Positions 47,776 through 57,613 are shown, numbered from the stretch's first letter. The stretch: 64,000 nucleotides of DNA from an uncultured Marinoscillum sp. (GCA_902634135.1 CACPJB010000002.1:24-64023); one strand, 5' to 3'. A program made the numbers and translations. The notes: generated by a model not told the origin, from the letters alone.

Positions 47776-50523
47776 ATGAAATACATATTTATTCTTTTAT
47801 TTAGTTTTTTTTCATCTGTGATTTATGCACAAAATGGTGCAGTTGTTGGAAAAATAACGGACAGTGATAATGGACTTCCTTTACCGGGAGCAAATATTAT
47901 TTTAAAGGGTACTGATTATGGTACTATTTCTGATGTTAGTGGCAATTTTGTTATACCTAATGTTACACCAAGTGATTATACCTTAATTATAACCTACATT
48001 GGTTATTCAGATATAGAAAAAGAAATTTCAGTTCAAGGTTCTTCTAACACTGAGATTGATATTGCTTTAGAGTCAGGTGTTTTGGTTGGGGATGAGATAA
48101 TTATAATAGGAAATAATTTACAAGGTCAGGCTAGAGCTATAAATGAACAAAAGAATAATGTAAATATTACTAATATTATATCATCTGATCAAACTGGGAA
48201 ATTTCCTGATTCTAATATGGGGGATGCTTTAAAAAGAATTCCTGGGATAACAATGCAAGGTGACCAAGGAGAAGCAAGAAATATTGTTGTTAGAGGTTTG
48301 GCTTCAGCTCTAAATTCTGTTATGATTGATGGCTCAAGAATTCCATCAGCAGAAGGTGACAATAGAAATGTACAACTTGATCTTATTCCTGCCGATATGA
48401 TTCAAACAATCGAAGTTAATAAAGCTACTCTTCCTTATATGGATGGCGATGCTGTAGGTGGAGTTGTAAACCTTGTAACTAGATCTGCTCCAGATGGATT
48501 TAGGTTTTCAGCAGATTTAGGTTCTGGTTATACTCCAATAACTTCTAAACCTATATACAATGGATCATTTGTTCTTGGTAACAGATTAGGAAATTTTGGT
48601 TTTTTATTGTCAGGTTCATATAATAATAGAGAATTTGGTTCAGATAACATTGAAGCTGAATGGGCAGAGGCTGAAGGCGGAAATTGGGTCCCAGACGAAA
48701 TGGACATTAGAACTTACTATGTCAAAAGAGAAAGAAAAAGCATATCTCTTAACTTGGATTATGAATTTTCAAGTTCTAGTAAAATTTATTTAAACACTCT
48801 TTATAACCATAGAGATGACTGGGAAAACAGATATAGACTAAGATATAAGAAAATTACTGATGGTTTTGAAGATGGATTCGAGTCCCTTGGAAATGGAAGA
48901 TTTAAGACGACTGCAAGAATTGAAAGGCAAACTAAAGGTGGTATCGATGATGATAGAAATAAGGGAACAAGATTAGAAGATCAGAAAGCTTCAAATATAA
49001 CCTTAGGAGGAGATCACCTTGCCGCTTCTAAGTTAAAAATAGATTGGATGGTTAATTTCTCAAGAGCTTCTGAAGAAAGACCAAACGAAAGATATCTTAC
49101 TTTTAGAAATAGTGATGTTCCTATTATTTTAGATATATCTGATCCCTCAAGGCCACTTGTTAATTATGAAGATCCTACAGCTTGGGAAGCATCTAAAGCA
49201 AGAAATCCTGAGGAAGCACAGAAATGGACTTATGAAAATGAAGTTAACGCAAAAGTTGATTTTACTTTACCGATAACAGATGACGGTATATTAAAATTTG
49301 GTTTAAAGAATAGAGCAAAAACAAAACATAGAAATAATACTTGGTCAGAGTACGATGGAACATTAGTGGGGTCTAGGCTAAATGAATTTCCGTTAATTGA
49401 TCAGTCAGATTCAGACTATCTTGCTGGAGGACAATATTTAGGAGGTAATTTTGTGACTACAGGATATTTAGGAGGTTTAGATTTAACTGGAGGTAGTTTC
49501 GAATCGGAATTACTTCTTGATGAGTTTGCATCAGGAAATTATGACGCAAATGAAAATATATTTGCTGCCTATGCAATGGTAGACATGAACCTGACAGATA
49601 ATTTATCTCTTATAGCTGGGGGTAGATTTGAGGCGACAAGTTTAGAATATACTGGAAGAGATGTTGATTATGAAAATGAGTCAGTTACTATTACTGATCC
49701 ACAAAAAGATAATTATTCAAATTTTTTACCGGCTGTTTTATTTAAATTAAATCCATCAGAGAACTCTGCCTTAAGATTATCATATACTAATAGTATAGCA
49801 AGACCTAACTATTATGATTTGGTTCCATACCAAGAATATATTGAAGAAGATGAGGAATTAAATTTAGGAAATTCATCATTGAAACCGATGAAGGCTATGA
49901 ATTTAGATTTGAATTATGAGACATACTTCTCAACGGTCGGATTATTTTCTGCTGGTTTATTCTATAAAGACTTAAAAGACTTTGTATACTCATATCAATA
50001 TGATGGTACATATTCAGGTTACAATGGCGAGCTGGAAATAACGCAACCAAGAAACGGAGCGAGTGCTTCGGTATTTGGTTTTGAAGTTGCTTTCCAAAGG
50101 CAAATACTAAAAAATTTAGGTCTCTATGCAAACTATACGTTTGCTGACACTAACACCGAAGGAGTATTAAATAGATCAGATCTTGATAAAACACCTCTCC
50201 CAGGAGCAGCTAAAAATACATTTAATGTTTCTTTAGATTATGAAACAAATAAGTTTAACATAAGAGTTTCTTATAATGTAACTGATTCATATATTGATGA
50301 GTTTGGTGGTGAGATTATGGAGGATAGATACTATGACTCTCAATCTTTCCTAGATGTTAACGCTTCATATTCATTTTCAGATAATTTAAGATTTTATCTT
50401 CAGGCTAAAAACCTTACAAATCAGCCCTTAAGATACTATCAAGGAACCGAGGAATATTTAATGCAGGAGGAGTTCTATGGAGCAAGATATACTGCTGGGT
50501 TTAAATTTGATTTATTTAAATAA
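47776..50523 (+). CDS. TonB-dependent receptor (phytase-associated type)
   Basis: Signal peptide, CarboxypepD_reg-like N-domain (PLPGANI), plug (GKFPD.N..DAL.RIPG...DQGEAR), NLTNQPLRYYQG near the C-terminus. Confidence 0.92.
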   Translation: MKYIFILLFSFFSSVIYAQNGAVVGKITDSDNGLPLPGANIILKGTDYGTISDVSGNFVIPNVTPSDYTLIITYIGYSDIEKEISVQGSSNTEIDIALESGVLVGDEIIIIGNNLQGQARAINEQKNNVNITNIISSDQTGKFPDSNMGDALKRIPGITMQGDQGEARNIVVRGLASALNSVMIDGSRIPSAEGDNRNVQLDLIPADMIQTIEVNKATLPYMDGDAVGGVVNLVTRSAPDGFRFSADLGSGYTPITSKPIYNGSFVLGNRLGNFGFLLSGSYNNREFGSDNIEAEWAEAEGGNWVPDEMDIRTYYVKRERKSISLNLDYEFSSSSKIYLNTLYNHRDDWENRYRLRYKKITDGFEDGFESLGNGRFKTTARIERQTKGGIDDDRNKGTRLEDQKASNITLGGDHLAASKLKIDWMVNFSRASEERPNERYLTFRNSDVPIILDISDPSRPLVNYEDPTAWEASKARNPEEAQKWTYENEVNAKVDFTLPITDDGILKFGLKNRAKTKHRNNTWSEYDGTLVGSRLNEFPLIDQSDSDYLAGGQYLGGNFVTTGYLGGLDLTGGSFESELLLDEFASGNYDANENIFAAYAMVDMNLTDNLSLIAGGRFEATSLEYTGRDVDYENESVTITDPQKDNYSNFLPAVLFKLNPSENSALRLSYTNSIARPNYYDLVPYQEYIEEDEELNLGNSSLKPMKAMNLDLNYETYFSTVGLFSAGLFYKDLKDFVYSYQYDGTYSGYNGELEITQPRNGASASVFGFEVAFQRQILKNLGLYANYTFADTNTEGVLNRSDLDKTPLPGAAKNTFNVSLDYETNKFNIRVSYNVTDSYIDEFGGEIMEDRYYDSQSFLDVNASYSFSDNLRFYLQAKNLTNQPLRYYQGTEEYLMQEEFYGARYTAGFKFDLFK

Positions 50524-50554
50524 TAATACTTTACAGTTTAGTTAAATACTAATT

Positions 50555-50580
50555 GCCTCTCACTTTTGAGAGGCTTTTTT
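50555..50580 (+). terminator. Intrinsic terminator after the TonB-dependent receptor
   Basis: GCCTCTCA-cttt-TGAGAGGC followed by a T run. Confidence 0.85.
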
Positions 50581-50609
50581 GTTTTATAATTTCTATATTG
50601 CAGAGTAAT

Positions 50610-51221
50610 ATGGTAAGGATAATTATCTTTTTTTTGTTTTTGAGTACTAACTTGTTTTCACAGTCTACGTTTCAGACATGGCCAACTATAAGTTTAAAAG
50701 GGGAGGTTATTGATAATTTAGATGTGAAGTTTAAGTATAGGAATAAATATGATCATAAAGAAAGTAGTTCTGTCACCTCTTGGTTTAATATGGGCTTAGA
50801 GTATAAATTAAATAAGTCATCATTTGGCATTTACTACAGGGAATTACACAGGATCAAATCTTCAGAAAAAAGACCTTTCGTAGAGTTTGAGTACGAGGTA
50901 AATAATAACATGAAACTTAGACTAAGGAATGCTTTAAGGATTAAGGAAGGGGATAAAGCTTTCTTAAGGTATAGGATAAGGTATCAATATGAATATGATA
51001 ACATCAAGAGAATTAAACCCTTTGTTTATAATGAAATTTTCATATCAAAAGAAAGTTTAAAAAGGAATAGATTAGGTTTTGGTTCAAAATTTAAAGTAAA
51101 GAAAATGCCTTTTGATTTTAGACTTGCTTATTTAATTGAGATGTACAGGGATGTTGAAAATTCAGTAGTTAATTGGTCAACAAAAAATGCTCTTTTAGTT
51201 TCATTAGATTTTAAAATCTAA
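50610..51221 (+). CDS. DUF2490-like outer-membrane beta-barrel protein
   Basis: Signal peptide from ATG 50610; E.RP, R.R.R.R alternating strands, PF...E.F, RNR...G, C-terminal LDF. Confidence 0.7.
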   Translation: MVRIIIFFLFLSTNLFSQSTFQTWPTISLKGEVIDNLDVKFKYRNKYDHKESSSVTSWFNMGLEYKLNKSSFGIYYRELHRIKSSEKRPFVEFEYEVNNNMKLRLRNALRIKEGDKAFLRYRIRYQYEYDNIKRIKPFVYNEIFISKESLKRNRLGFGSKFKVKKMPFDFRLAYLIEMYRDVENSVVNWSTKNALLVSLDFKI

Positions 51222-51895
51222 TCTAGTAAATCTGGCCTTTGTTTTTTTGTTTTTTTATAAGACGTTTTTATTCTCCATTCATCAATTTCCTTTTGATTCC
51301 CAGAAAGAAGAATTTTGGGCACTTTCCATCCATTAAAATCGGCGGGTCTCGTGTAATTTGCGTGTCCCAGTAAGTTATCTTGAAATGAATCAGAAAGGGC
51401 TGCAGATTCATTAGAAACAACTCCAGGAATCAATCTTATTACTGAATCAATTAATATTGCTGCAGGTAATTCTCCTCCTGTTAGCACATAGTCTCCAATA
51501 CTTATCTCTTTAGTAATTAAATGTTTCCTTACTCTTTCATCTATTCCTTTATAGTGACCGCATAAAATTACTATGTTCTCTTTTAATGATAGTGAGTTGC
51601 TTGTTTTTTGGTTTAGTTTTTCTCCATCAGGGGACATATAAATAATTTCATCAACTTTTTTGTGTTTTTTAATAAACTCAATACAGTTAAAAATTGGTTC
51701 AATCTTCAGTACCATACCACCACCACCACCAAAAGCATAATCATCAACTTTTTTGTGTTTGTTATCGGAAAAATCTCTGAGATTATGAATTTTTATATTA
51801 ACTAGTTTTTTCTCTTGAGCGATCTTTAAAATGCTATTATTCAAAGGACTATCTAAGAGTTCTGGTTGGCAGGTGATTATGTCAATATGGTTCAT
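51218..51895 (-). CDS. trmD: tRNA (guanine37-N1)-methyltransferase
   Basis: VDD..FGGG.GMV, LCGHYKGIDERV, SIGDYVLTGGE, YTRP, RPDLL. Confidence 0.97.
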   Translation of the reverse strand: MNHIDIITCQPELLDSPLNNSILKIAQEKKLVNIKIHNLRDFSDNKHKKVDDYAFGGGGGMVLKIEPIFNCIEFIKKHKKVDEIIYMSPDGEKLNQKTSNSLSLKENIVILCGHYKGIDERVRKHLITKEISIGDYVLTGGELPAAILIDSVIRLIPGVVSNESAALSDSFQDNLLGHANYTRPADFNGWKVPKILLSGNQKEIDEWRIKTSYKKTKKQRPDLLD

Positions 51896-52392
51896 TAATT
51901 TAAATCTAATAATCCTTTTGGAATAATTACGTGAATCTCTTTTTTAAAATTATCAACCCTGTGAATTATTTCTTTAGTATATGGAATCATAGTTTCTTTA
52001 TTATTAATATCACAAAATAGTATTGGTTGATTTTTTTTATGAAAGTTGGTTATAGTGCCTATAACTTTATCATTTTCTTTTACCTCATATCCAATTATTT
52101 TGGAAAGTTCACTTTCGAATTTTATTCCGCTTTTATTTTCTATAAAGACATTTGTGTTAATTAGCATATTATTATCTTCTCTAGAATTATAATCTTTAAA
52201 CTTTAACTCAATTGTTGTTGTGTTAATTATTGATAGCTTTTCAATAGAAAAAGGCACCTTGCTACCTCTTAATTCTAAATACAAAGAATTGATATTCTTA
52301 AAATCAAATTCAATATCTAAATTTAATCTTAAGATACAATAGCCCTTTAGTCCCTTATGTTTTGTTATTTTCCCTATTTGGGTGAATCCCAT
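51895..52392 (-). CDS. rimM: Ribosome maturation factor RimM
   Basis: IGKI...GLKG, VPF.IE, IIGY.V, IP, P.GLLDLN; lies between rpsP and trmD. Confidence 0.9.
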   Translation of the reverse strand: MGFTQIGKITKHKGLKGYCILRLNLDIEFDFKNINSLYLELRGSKVPFSIEKLSIINTTTIELKFKDYNSREDNNMLINTNVFIENKSGIKFESELSKIIGYEVKENDKVIGTITNFHKKNQPILFCDINNKETMIPYTKEIIHRVDNFKKEIHVIIPKGLLDLN

Positions 52393-52397
52393 CAGGA

Positions 52398-53183
52398 TTA
52401 TTTTTTAGAATCTTCTTCTTTTGCCTCTTCAGATTCTTTTGCCTCTTCAGATTCTTTAGTCTCTTCAGCTTTTGGAGCTTCTTCCTTAGCTTCTTCCGCT
52501 GCTGGAGCTTCTTCCTTAGCCTCTTCCGCTGCTGGACCCTCTTCCTTAGCTTCTTCTGCTGCTGGAGCCTCTTCCTTAGCCTCTTCCTTAGCCTCTTCCG
52601 CTGCTGGAGCTTCTTCCTTAGCCTCTTCCTTAGCTTCTTCTTTAGCTTCTTCCGCTACTGGAGCCTCTTCCTTAGCCTCTTCTGCTGCTGGAGCCTCTTC
52701 CTTAGCCTCTTCTACTTTTGCAGCTTCTTCTAATTTTTTCTTTTGTTCTTCTTCTCTTTTTTTATTGTAAGCTTTTTCTTCAGCTAATTTTTTCTTTTGA
52801 TCCTGTTCTTTAGCTTCAGATAGAGAATCGATTTTCTTTGTAATCTTTCCTTCTTTCTCTTTTAACCAAGCTTCAAGTTTTTTATCAGCTTCTTCTTGCT
52901 TAAGTGCTCCTTTTAAAACACCTACTTGTAGATGTTTTTTCATCATTACTCCTTTGTAAGATAATATAGCTCTAGCTGTTTCACTTGGTTGAGCACCTTT
53001 CATGACCCATTCAAGTGCTTTGTCTAGATCAAGGTTAATTGTTGCTGGATTTGAGTTTGGGTTATAATTTCCTATTTTTTCTATAATTCTACCGTCTCTA
53101 GGTGATCTAGCATCTGCTACCACAATATCAAAGATTGCTAGTTTTTTTCTTCCTCTTCTTGATAATCTAATTTTTACTGCCAT
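52398..53183 (-). CDS. rpsP: 30S ribosomal protein S16 with a long acidic C-terminal extension
   Basis: MAVKIRL.R.GRKK...DIVVADAR.PRDGR.IE.IG.YNP, W...GAQP. Start at 53183. Confidence 0.96.
   Translation of the reverse strand: MAVKIRLSRRGRKKLAIFDIVVADARSPRDGRIIEKIGNYNPNSNPATINLDLDKALEWVMKGAQPSETARAILSYKGVMMKKHLQVGVLKGALKQEEADKKLEAWLKEKEGKITKKIDSLSEAKEQDQKKKLAEEKAYNKKREEEQKKKLEEAAKVEEAKEEAPAAEEAKEEAPVAEEAKEEAKEEAKEEAPAAEEAKEEAKEEAPAAEEAKEEGPAAEEAKEEAPAAEEAKEEAPKAEETKESEEAKESEEAKEEDSKK
52413..52712 (-). repeat. Intragenic tandem repeats in the rpsP tail
   Basis: Mixed 30-, 12- and 18-bp units encoding EEAKEEAPAA, EEAK and ESEEAK. Confidence 0.85.
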
Positions 53184-53234
53184 AATATTTTGTTTAGATG
53201 GAACACGTCCATTAACGTTAAAAAAAATTGTGCG

Positions 53235-53242
53235 CAAATATA
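53235..53242 (-). promoter_or_regulatory. -7 promoter element for rpsP-rimM-trmD
   Basis: Reverse complement TATATTTG, about 50 nt upstream of the rpsP ATG. Confidence 0.65.
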
Positions 53243-53387
53243 TACATATTAATAATATTTTCAACCATAAGAAATTATATTCCTTTTTTGACTAATTTTT
53301 AGGATATAAACAATAATTATTTGTATAATCGTGTAAACGGTTTTTATATTATAATTTATATAACTATTTTTGTTAAAATATATAATA

Positions 53388-56084
53388 GTGACCAAGTATA
53401 ATTATATGTCTGGATCTGATATTAACTATATGGATGATTTATATTCTAAATATAAATCTGACCCACATTCTGTTGATATATCTTGGCAAAAATTTTTTGA
53501 AGGCTTTGATTACTCTATAACTAATTCTCTTGGATCTGTTAAATTCACTGAATCATCTGTTTCTCAATTAATTGAAGCTTATAGAAGATATGGACATTTA
53601 AAGTCATTAACTAATCCAGTCAGAACACGAAGAGATCATAATGTTGATTTTTCAATTGAGAAATTTGGATTATCTGATTCGGATTTATCTCAAACATTTT
53701 CTGCAGGTTCCGAAATTGGAATTGATAATGGTACTCTTAAAGAAATTCTAGAGAAATTAAATAAAATTTATTTAGGACCTATTGGCTTTGAATATGTTAA
53801 TATTAGAAATACCGAGGAGGTTAACTGGATAAAGGAATGGGTAGAAAATAAATGGTATTCTCAAAACATAGGCATTGATAAAAAGAAGAGTATTTTAACA
53901 AAACTCAACGAAGCTGTTGTTTTTGAAAATTTTCTTCATACAAAATATATTGGGCAAAAAAGATTTTCTTTAGAAGGAGGAGAAAACACCATAACCTTTT
54001 TAAATGAGATTGTAAACTCAGCATGTGATAATGATGTGAAAGAGGTTGTAATAGGTATGGCACACAGAGGTAGATTAAATGTTTTAACCAGCATATTGAA
54101 AAAAACTTATGATGAGGTTTTTAATGAGTTTGAAGGAAATATGGATCCTGACAAGATCTTTGGAGATGGAGATGTTAAGTACCATCTTGGATATAATAGT
54201 TATATAAATAGAGATAAAAATAATATTTATGTTAAGCTTATTCCTAACCCTAGTCATTTAGAATCTGTTAACCCTGTGGTTATGGGGTATGTTAGAGCTC
54301 AAATTGATGAGGAGTATAGAGGTGACTTTAATTCTGCGATACCTATTCTTATTCATGGAGATGCTGCTATTGCTGGTCAAGGAATAGTTTATGAAACTGT
54401 TCAAATGACAAAGTTGAAAGGGTATCAAGTCGGAGGTGTTATCCATTTTGTTATTAATAATCAGATTGGTTTTACAACGGATTATGATGATGCTAGATCT
54501 AGTATTTATTGTACTGATTTGGCAAAAATTATTGATTCTCCTGTTTTACATGTGAATGGTGATGATCCGGAGGCTGTTTATTATGCTTCTCAGTTTGCTT
54601 TGGAGTATAGGCAAAAGTTTAAAAAAGATGTATTTATAGATCTTCTTTGCTACAGAAGACATGGACATAATGAAAGCGATGAACCTAAATTTACACAACC
54701 TAACTTGTATAATTTAATTTCAAAGCATCCAAGCCCAAGAGATGTTTACTTTAAAAAGATTATTGAAAAAGACAGTGAAATTGATAAAGGTCTGGCCGAT
54801 AAATTGAACAAAGAATTTAAATCATTACTTCAAGAAAGACTTAATGAAGTTAAGCAGAAACCACTTCCTTATAAGCCTCAAAAAAAAGATGAGGAATGGA
54901 ATTTTTTGAGAAATTCTACTAGTAAAGATTTTATTAGTTCACCAAAAACATCTATTAATGAGAAAACAATTAATAAAATTGGTAAATCATTAACTACTGT
55001 TCCGAAAGGATTTAAGCCTATTAAGCAAATAATAAGGTTATTGAAGGATAGAGAATCTAATTTTTTTGATAAAAAATTATTGAACTGGGCTGATGCTGAA
55101 CTATTAGCATATGGTTCTTTGCTATTAGATAACAAAAACATTAGAATTTCTGGACAAGACGTAATTAGAGGTACATTTTCACACAGGCATGCTAAATTGT
55201 TTGACACTAGTACAAATCAGCCATATTCTCCACTAAATAATCTTTCTAAAGAACAAGCTAATTTTAATATTTATAATTCTCTTTTATCTGAGTTTGGAGT
55301 ATTAGGCTTTGAGTATGGTTATTCTATGGCAAGCCCAAATACTCTTGTAGTATGGGAGGCACAATTTGGTGATTTTTCCAATGGTGCTCAAGTCATTATA
55401 GATCAGTTTATATCTTCAGCAGAAACAAAATGGGAGAAAATGAATGGACTTTTGGTATTACTGCCTCACGGTTATGAGGGTCAAGGCCCTGAACATTCAA
55501 GTGCAAGACCACAGAGGCTATTAAGCTTATGCTCTGAGGATAATATGGTTGTAGCTAATTTGACTACACCTGCAAATTTCTTTCATCTAATTCGAAGACA
55601 ATTGGCTTGGGAGTTTAGAAAACCTTGTTTTCTGCTTAGTCCAAAAAGTTTACTAAGACATCCTTCTGTTATTTCTAATTTTGATGACTTTACAAACTCT
55701 CAATTCCAAGAAGTCATAGATGATAATGTAAAAAGTAAAAAATTAATTAATAAAGTAATACTTTGTACAGGAAAGTTTTATTATGATTTAGACGATTATA
55801 GACAGGATAACAATATAAAAGATGTTGCTATTGTTAGAATTGAACAATTAAGTCCTTTCCCAAAATCAAAAATTGAAAAAATCTTAAATACTTATTCAAA
55901 TGCTAAAAAGATAATTTGGGCACAAGAGGAAAACCAAAATATGGGTTATTGGTCTTACATTTCTTCATTCAATTTAAAAAACATAGAACTGTTTTCAAGA
56001 AAAAGAAGTTCTTCTCCATCAACAGGGTTTCTTAAAGTACACTTGAAAGAACATGAAGAATTAATTAAGAAAATATTTAACTGA
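53388..56084 (+). CDS. sucA: 2-oxoglutarate dehydrogenase E1
   Basis: KRFSLEG, GMAHRGRLN, GDVKYHLG, HGDAA.AGQG, WEAQFGDF, LPHGYEGQGPEHSSAR. GTG 53388 is the likely start. Confidence 0.96.
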   Translation: MTKYNYMSGSDINYMDDLYSKYKSDPHSVDISWQKFFEGFDYSITNSLGSVKFTESSVSQLIEAYRRYGHLKSLTNPVRTRRDHNVDFSIEKFGLSDSDLSQTFSAGSEIGIDNGTLKEILEKLNKIYLGPIGFEYVNIRNTEEVNWIKEWVENKWYSQNIGIDKKKSILTKLNEAVVFENFLHTKYIGQKRFSLEGGENTITFLNEIVNSACDNDVKEVVIGMAHRGRLNVLTSILKKTYDEVFNEFEGNMDPDKIFGDGDVKYHLGYNSYINRDKNNIYVKLIPNPSHLESVNPVVMGYVRAQIDEEYRGDFNSAIPILIHGDAAIAGQGIVYETVQMTKLKGYQVGGVIHFVINNQIGFTTDYDDARSSIYCTDLAKIIDSPVLHVNGDDPEAVYYASQFALEYRQKFKKDVFIDLLCYRRHGHNESDEPKFTQPNLYNLISKHPSPRDVYFKKIIEKDSEIDKGLADKLNKEFKSLLQERLNEVKQKPLPYKPQKKDEEWNFLRNSTSKDFISSPKTSINEKTINKIGKSLTTVPKGFKPIKQIIRLLKDRESNFFDKKLLNWADAELLAYGSLLLDNKNIRISGQDVIRGTFSHRHAKLFDTSTNQPYSPLNNLSKEQANFNIYNSLLSEFGVLGFEYGYSMASPNTLVVWEAQFGDFSNGAQVIIDQFISSAETKWEKMNGLLVLLPHGYEGQGPEHSSARPQRLLSLCSEDNMVVANLTTPANFFHLIRRQLAWEFRKPCFLLSPKSLLRHPSVISNFDDFTNSQFQEVIDDNVKSKKLINKVILCTGKFYYDLDDYRQDNNIKDVAIVRIEQLSPFPKSKIEKILNTYSNAKKIIWAQEENQNMGYWSYISSFNLKNIELFSRKRSSSPSTGFLKVHLKEHEELIKKIFN

Positions 56085-56090
56085 TTTAAT

Positions 56091-57293
56091 ATGAAAAATG
56101 AAATAATTAAAATGATGGTCCCAGCAGTTGGGGAATCTATAAATGAGGTAACCATATCTTCTTGGTTAAAAAAAGACGGTGATATAGTTGAGCTTGACGA
56201 AGTCATTGCTGAAATAGATTCTGATAAAGCAACTTTTGATTTAACTGCTGAATCTTCAGGTAAATTAAAAATTGAAGCACAAGAGGGAGATACTTTAGAA
56301 ATAGGTGCACCTATATGTTCAATAGAACAGGGTGATTTTAAAGTTCAAGAATCAGCTAAATCTATAAAATCTGAAAGTGAAACTGAAGAACAACCTAAAG
56401 ACGCCGACATCAAAGAGATAGAAGAAAAAAGAGAAGATTCAACAAGTAATGTAACACCTGTTGCTCAAAAAATAATTGACGATAAAGGTATTGATATAAA
56501 TAATATTAGTGGTTCAGGTGCTGGTGGAAAAATTACTAAAGAAGATGTATTAAATGTTACTAGCAGCAATACTGAAGAAAAATTAGAAACAACTGAGAAT
56601 CAGAATAGAGTAAAGATGACTCAGCTTAGAAAAACAATTGCTAAAAGATTGGTCAGTGTTAAAAACGAGACAGCTATGTTAACGACATTTAATGAAGTTG
56701 ATATGTCATCAATTATGGATTTAAGATCAAAATATAAAGAATCTTTCAAAGAGAAATATGGTGTTAATTTAGGTTTTATGTCATTTTTTACGAAAGCTTG
56801 TTGTGTTGCTTTGAAAGAGTGGCCTGCAGTTAATGCTATGATTGAAGGTGATGAAATTGTATATAATGATAATTGTCATATCTCTATCGCCGTTTCAACT
56901 CCTAAAGGACTTGTAGTTCCGATAATTAGAAAAGCAGATGAATTAGGATTTGATGATATTGAAAATGAAGTTATAAGGTTAGCTACAAAGGCTAGAGATG
57001 GGAAACTTTCTATAGATGAAATGCAAGGAGGAACTTTTACAATAACTAATGGTGGAATTTTTGGTTCTATGTTATCAACACCAATTATAAATGCTCCTCA
57101 GTCAGCTATTTTAGGAATGCATAATATTGTTAAAAGAGGTGTAGTAGTTAATGATGAATTGGTAATAAAACCAATGATGTATCTAGCATTATCTTATGAT
57201 CACAGAATAATAGATGGAAGAGAGTCCGTTAGTTTTCTCGTTAGGATTAAAGAATTATTAGAGGATCCCTCAAGACTAATGTTAGAAATATAA
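56091..57293 (+). CDS. sucB: Dihydrolipoamide succinyltransferase E2
   Basis: Lipoyl domain (DSDKAT), E3-binding [21 protein letters not shown]. Confidence 0.96.
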   Translation: MKNEIIKMMVPAVGESINEVTISSWLKKDGDIVELDEVIAEIDSDKATFDLTAESSGKLKIEAQEGDTLEIGAPICSIEQGDFKVQESAKSIKSESETEEQPKDADIKEIEEKREDSTSNVTPVAQKIIDDKGIDINNISGSGAGGKITKEDVLNVTSSNTEEKLETTENQNRVKMTQLRKTIAKRLVSVKNETAMLTTFNEVDMSSIMDLRSKYKESFKEKYGVNLGFMSFFTKACCVALKEWPAVNAMIEGDEIVYNDNCHISIAVSTPKGLVVPIIRKADELGFDDIENEVIRLATKARDGKLSIDEMQGGTFTITNGGIFGSMLSTPIINAPQSAILGMHNIVKRGVVVNDELVIKPMMYLALSYDHRIIDGRESVSFLVRIKELLEDPSRLMLEI

Positions 57294-57323
57294 AAACCCC
57301 TCAATTAGATGAGAGGTTTTTTT
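57293..57323. terminator. Imperfect bidirectional terminator between sucB and the convergent small ORF
   Basis: AAAACC(C)CTCA...TGAG(A)GGTTTT with A and T runs on both sides. Confidence 0.55.
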
Positions 57324-57561
57324 GATTTATTGATATTTTCTTTTTTCTTTTTTTTAAAAAAGCCTTATTAACCTTTGATTGATTTTTAAGTTCTTTCCAT
57401 TGTGATTTTGTGTAAACTGTTTCAGTTCTTATAACTACGAAATCACCTTTTTTTTCTACTTTCTTATTAACCTTAAAAGGTTTGAACTCTTTCTTCTTCT
57501 CTTTAGATAAAACGTCTATTGATAAAAAAGAAAACATCAAAAACATTGATATATATTTCAT
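57301..57561 (-). CDS. Small Lys-rich exported hypothetical protein (86 aa)
   Basis: Signal-peptide-like N-terminus and a very basic mature part with a 'GDFVVIRTETVYTKSQWKEL' core. Confidence 0.6.
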   Translation of the reverse strand: MKYISMFLMFSFLSIDVLSKEKKKEFKPFKVNKKVEKKGDFVVIRTETVYTKSQWKELKNQSKVNKAFLKKRKKKISINQKNLSSN

Positions 57562-57573
57562 AACATTTATTTT

Positions 57574-57613
57574 ATATTAATAGTATGTTAATTCAATGTT
57601 AAGGAATTGTTAA
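57574..57613 (-). promoter_or_regulatory. Four 11-bp-periodic TTAA(C/T)A(T/A) boxes (Pho-box-like)
   Basis: Minus strand reads TTAACAAttcc TTAACATtgaa TTAACATacta TTAATAT, ending 12 nt before the ATG at 57561. Confidence 0.7.

Noticed and set aside
50530-50548. Pho-box-like repeat upstream of the DUF2490 gene
   Set aside because: Poor match, and it lies upstream of the receptor's terminator.
50553-50609. Longer ORF-track starts for the DUF2490 gene and likewise dapF (46946), purK (18343), rpsP (53264), the pterin dehydratase (5026) and the lipoprotein at 32944
   Set aside because: The extensions run through terminators, -7 promoter boxes or upstream genes; downstream ATGs give normal N-termini.
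52413-52712. Possible CRISPR-like array
   Set aside because: Units are contiguous, in frame and coding, with no unique spacers and no cas genes. No CRISPR array was seen in the window.
52357-52770. 137-aa Ser/Ala-rich plus-strand ORF
   Set aside because: Antisense shadow of the rpsP repeat tail.
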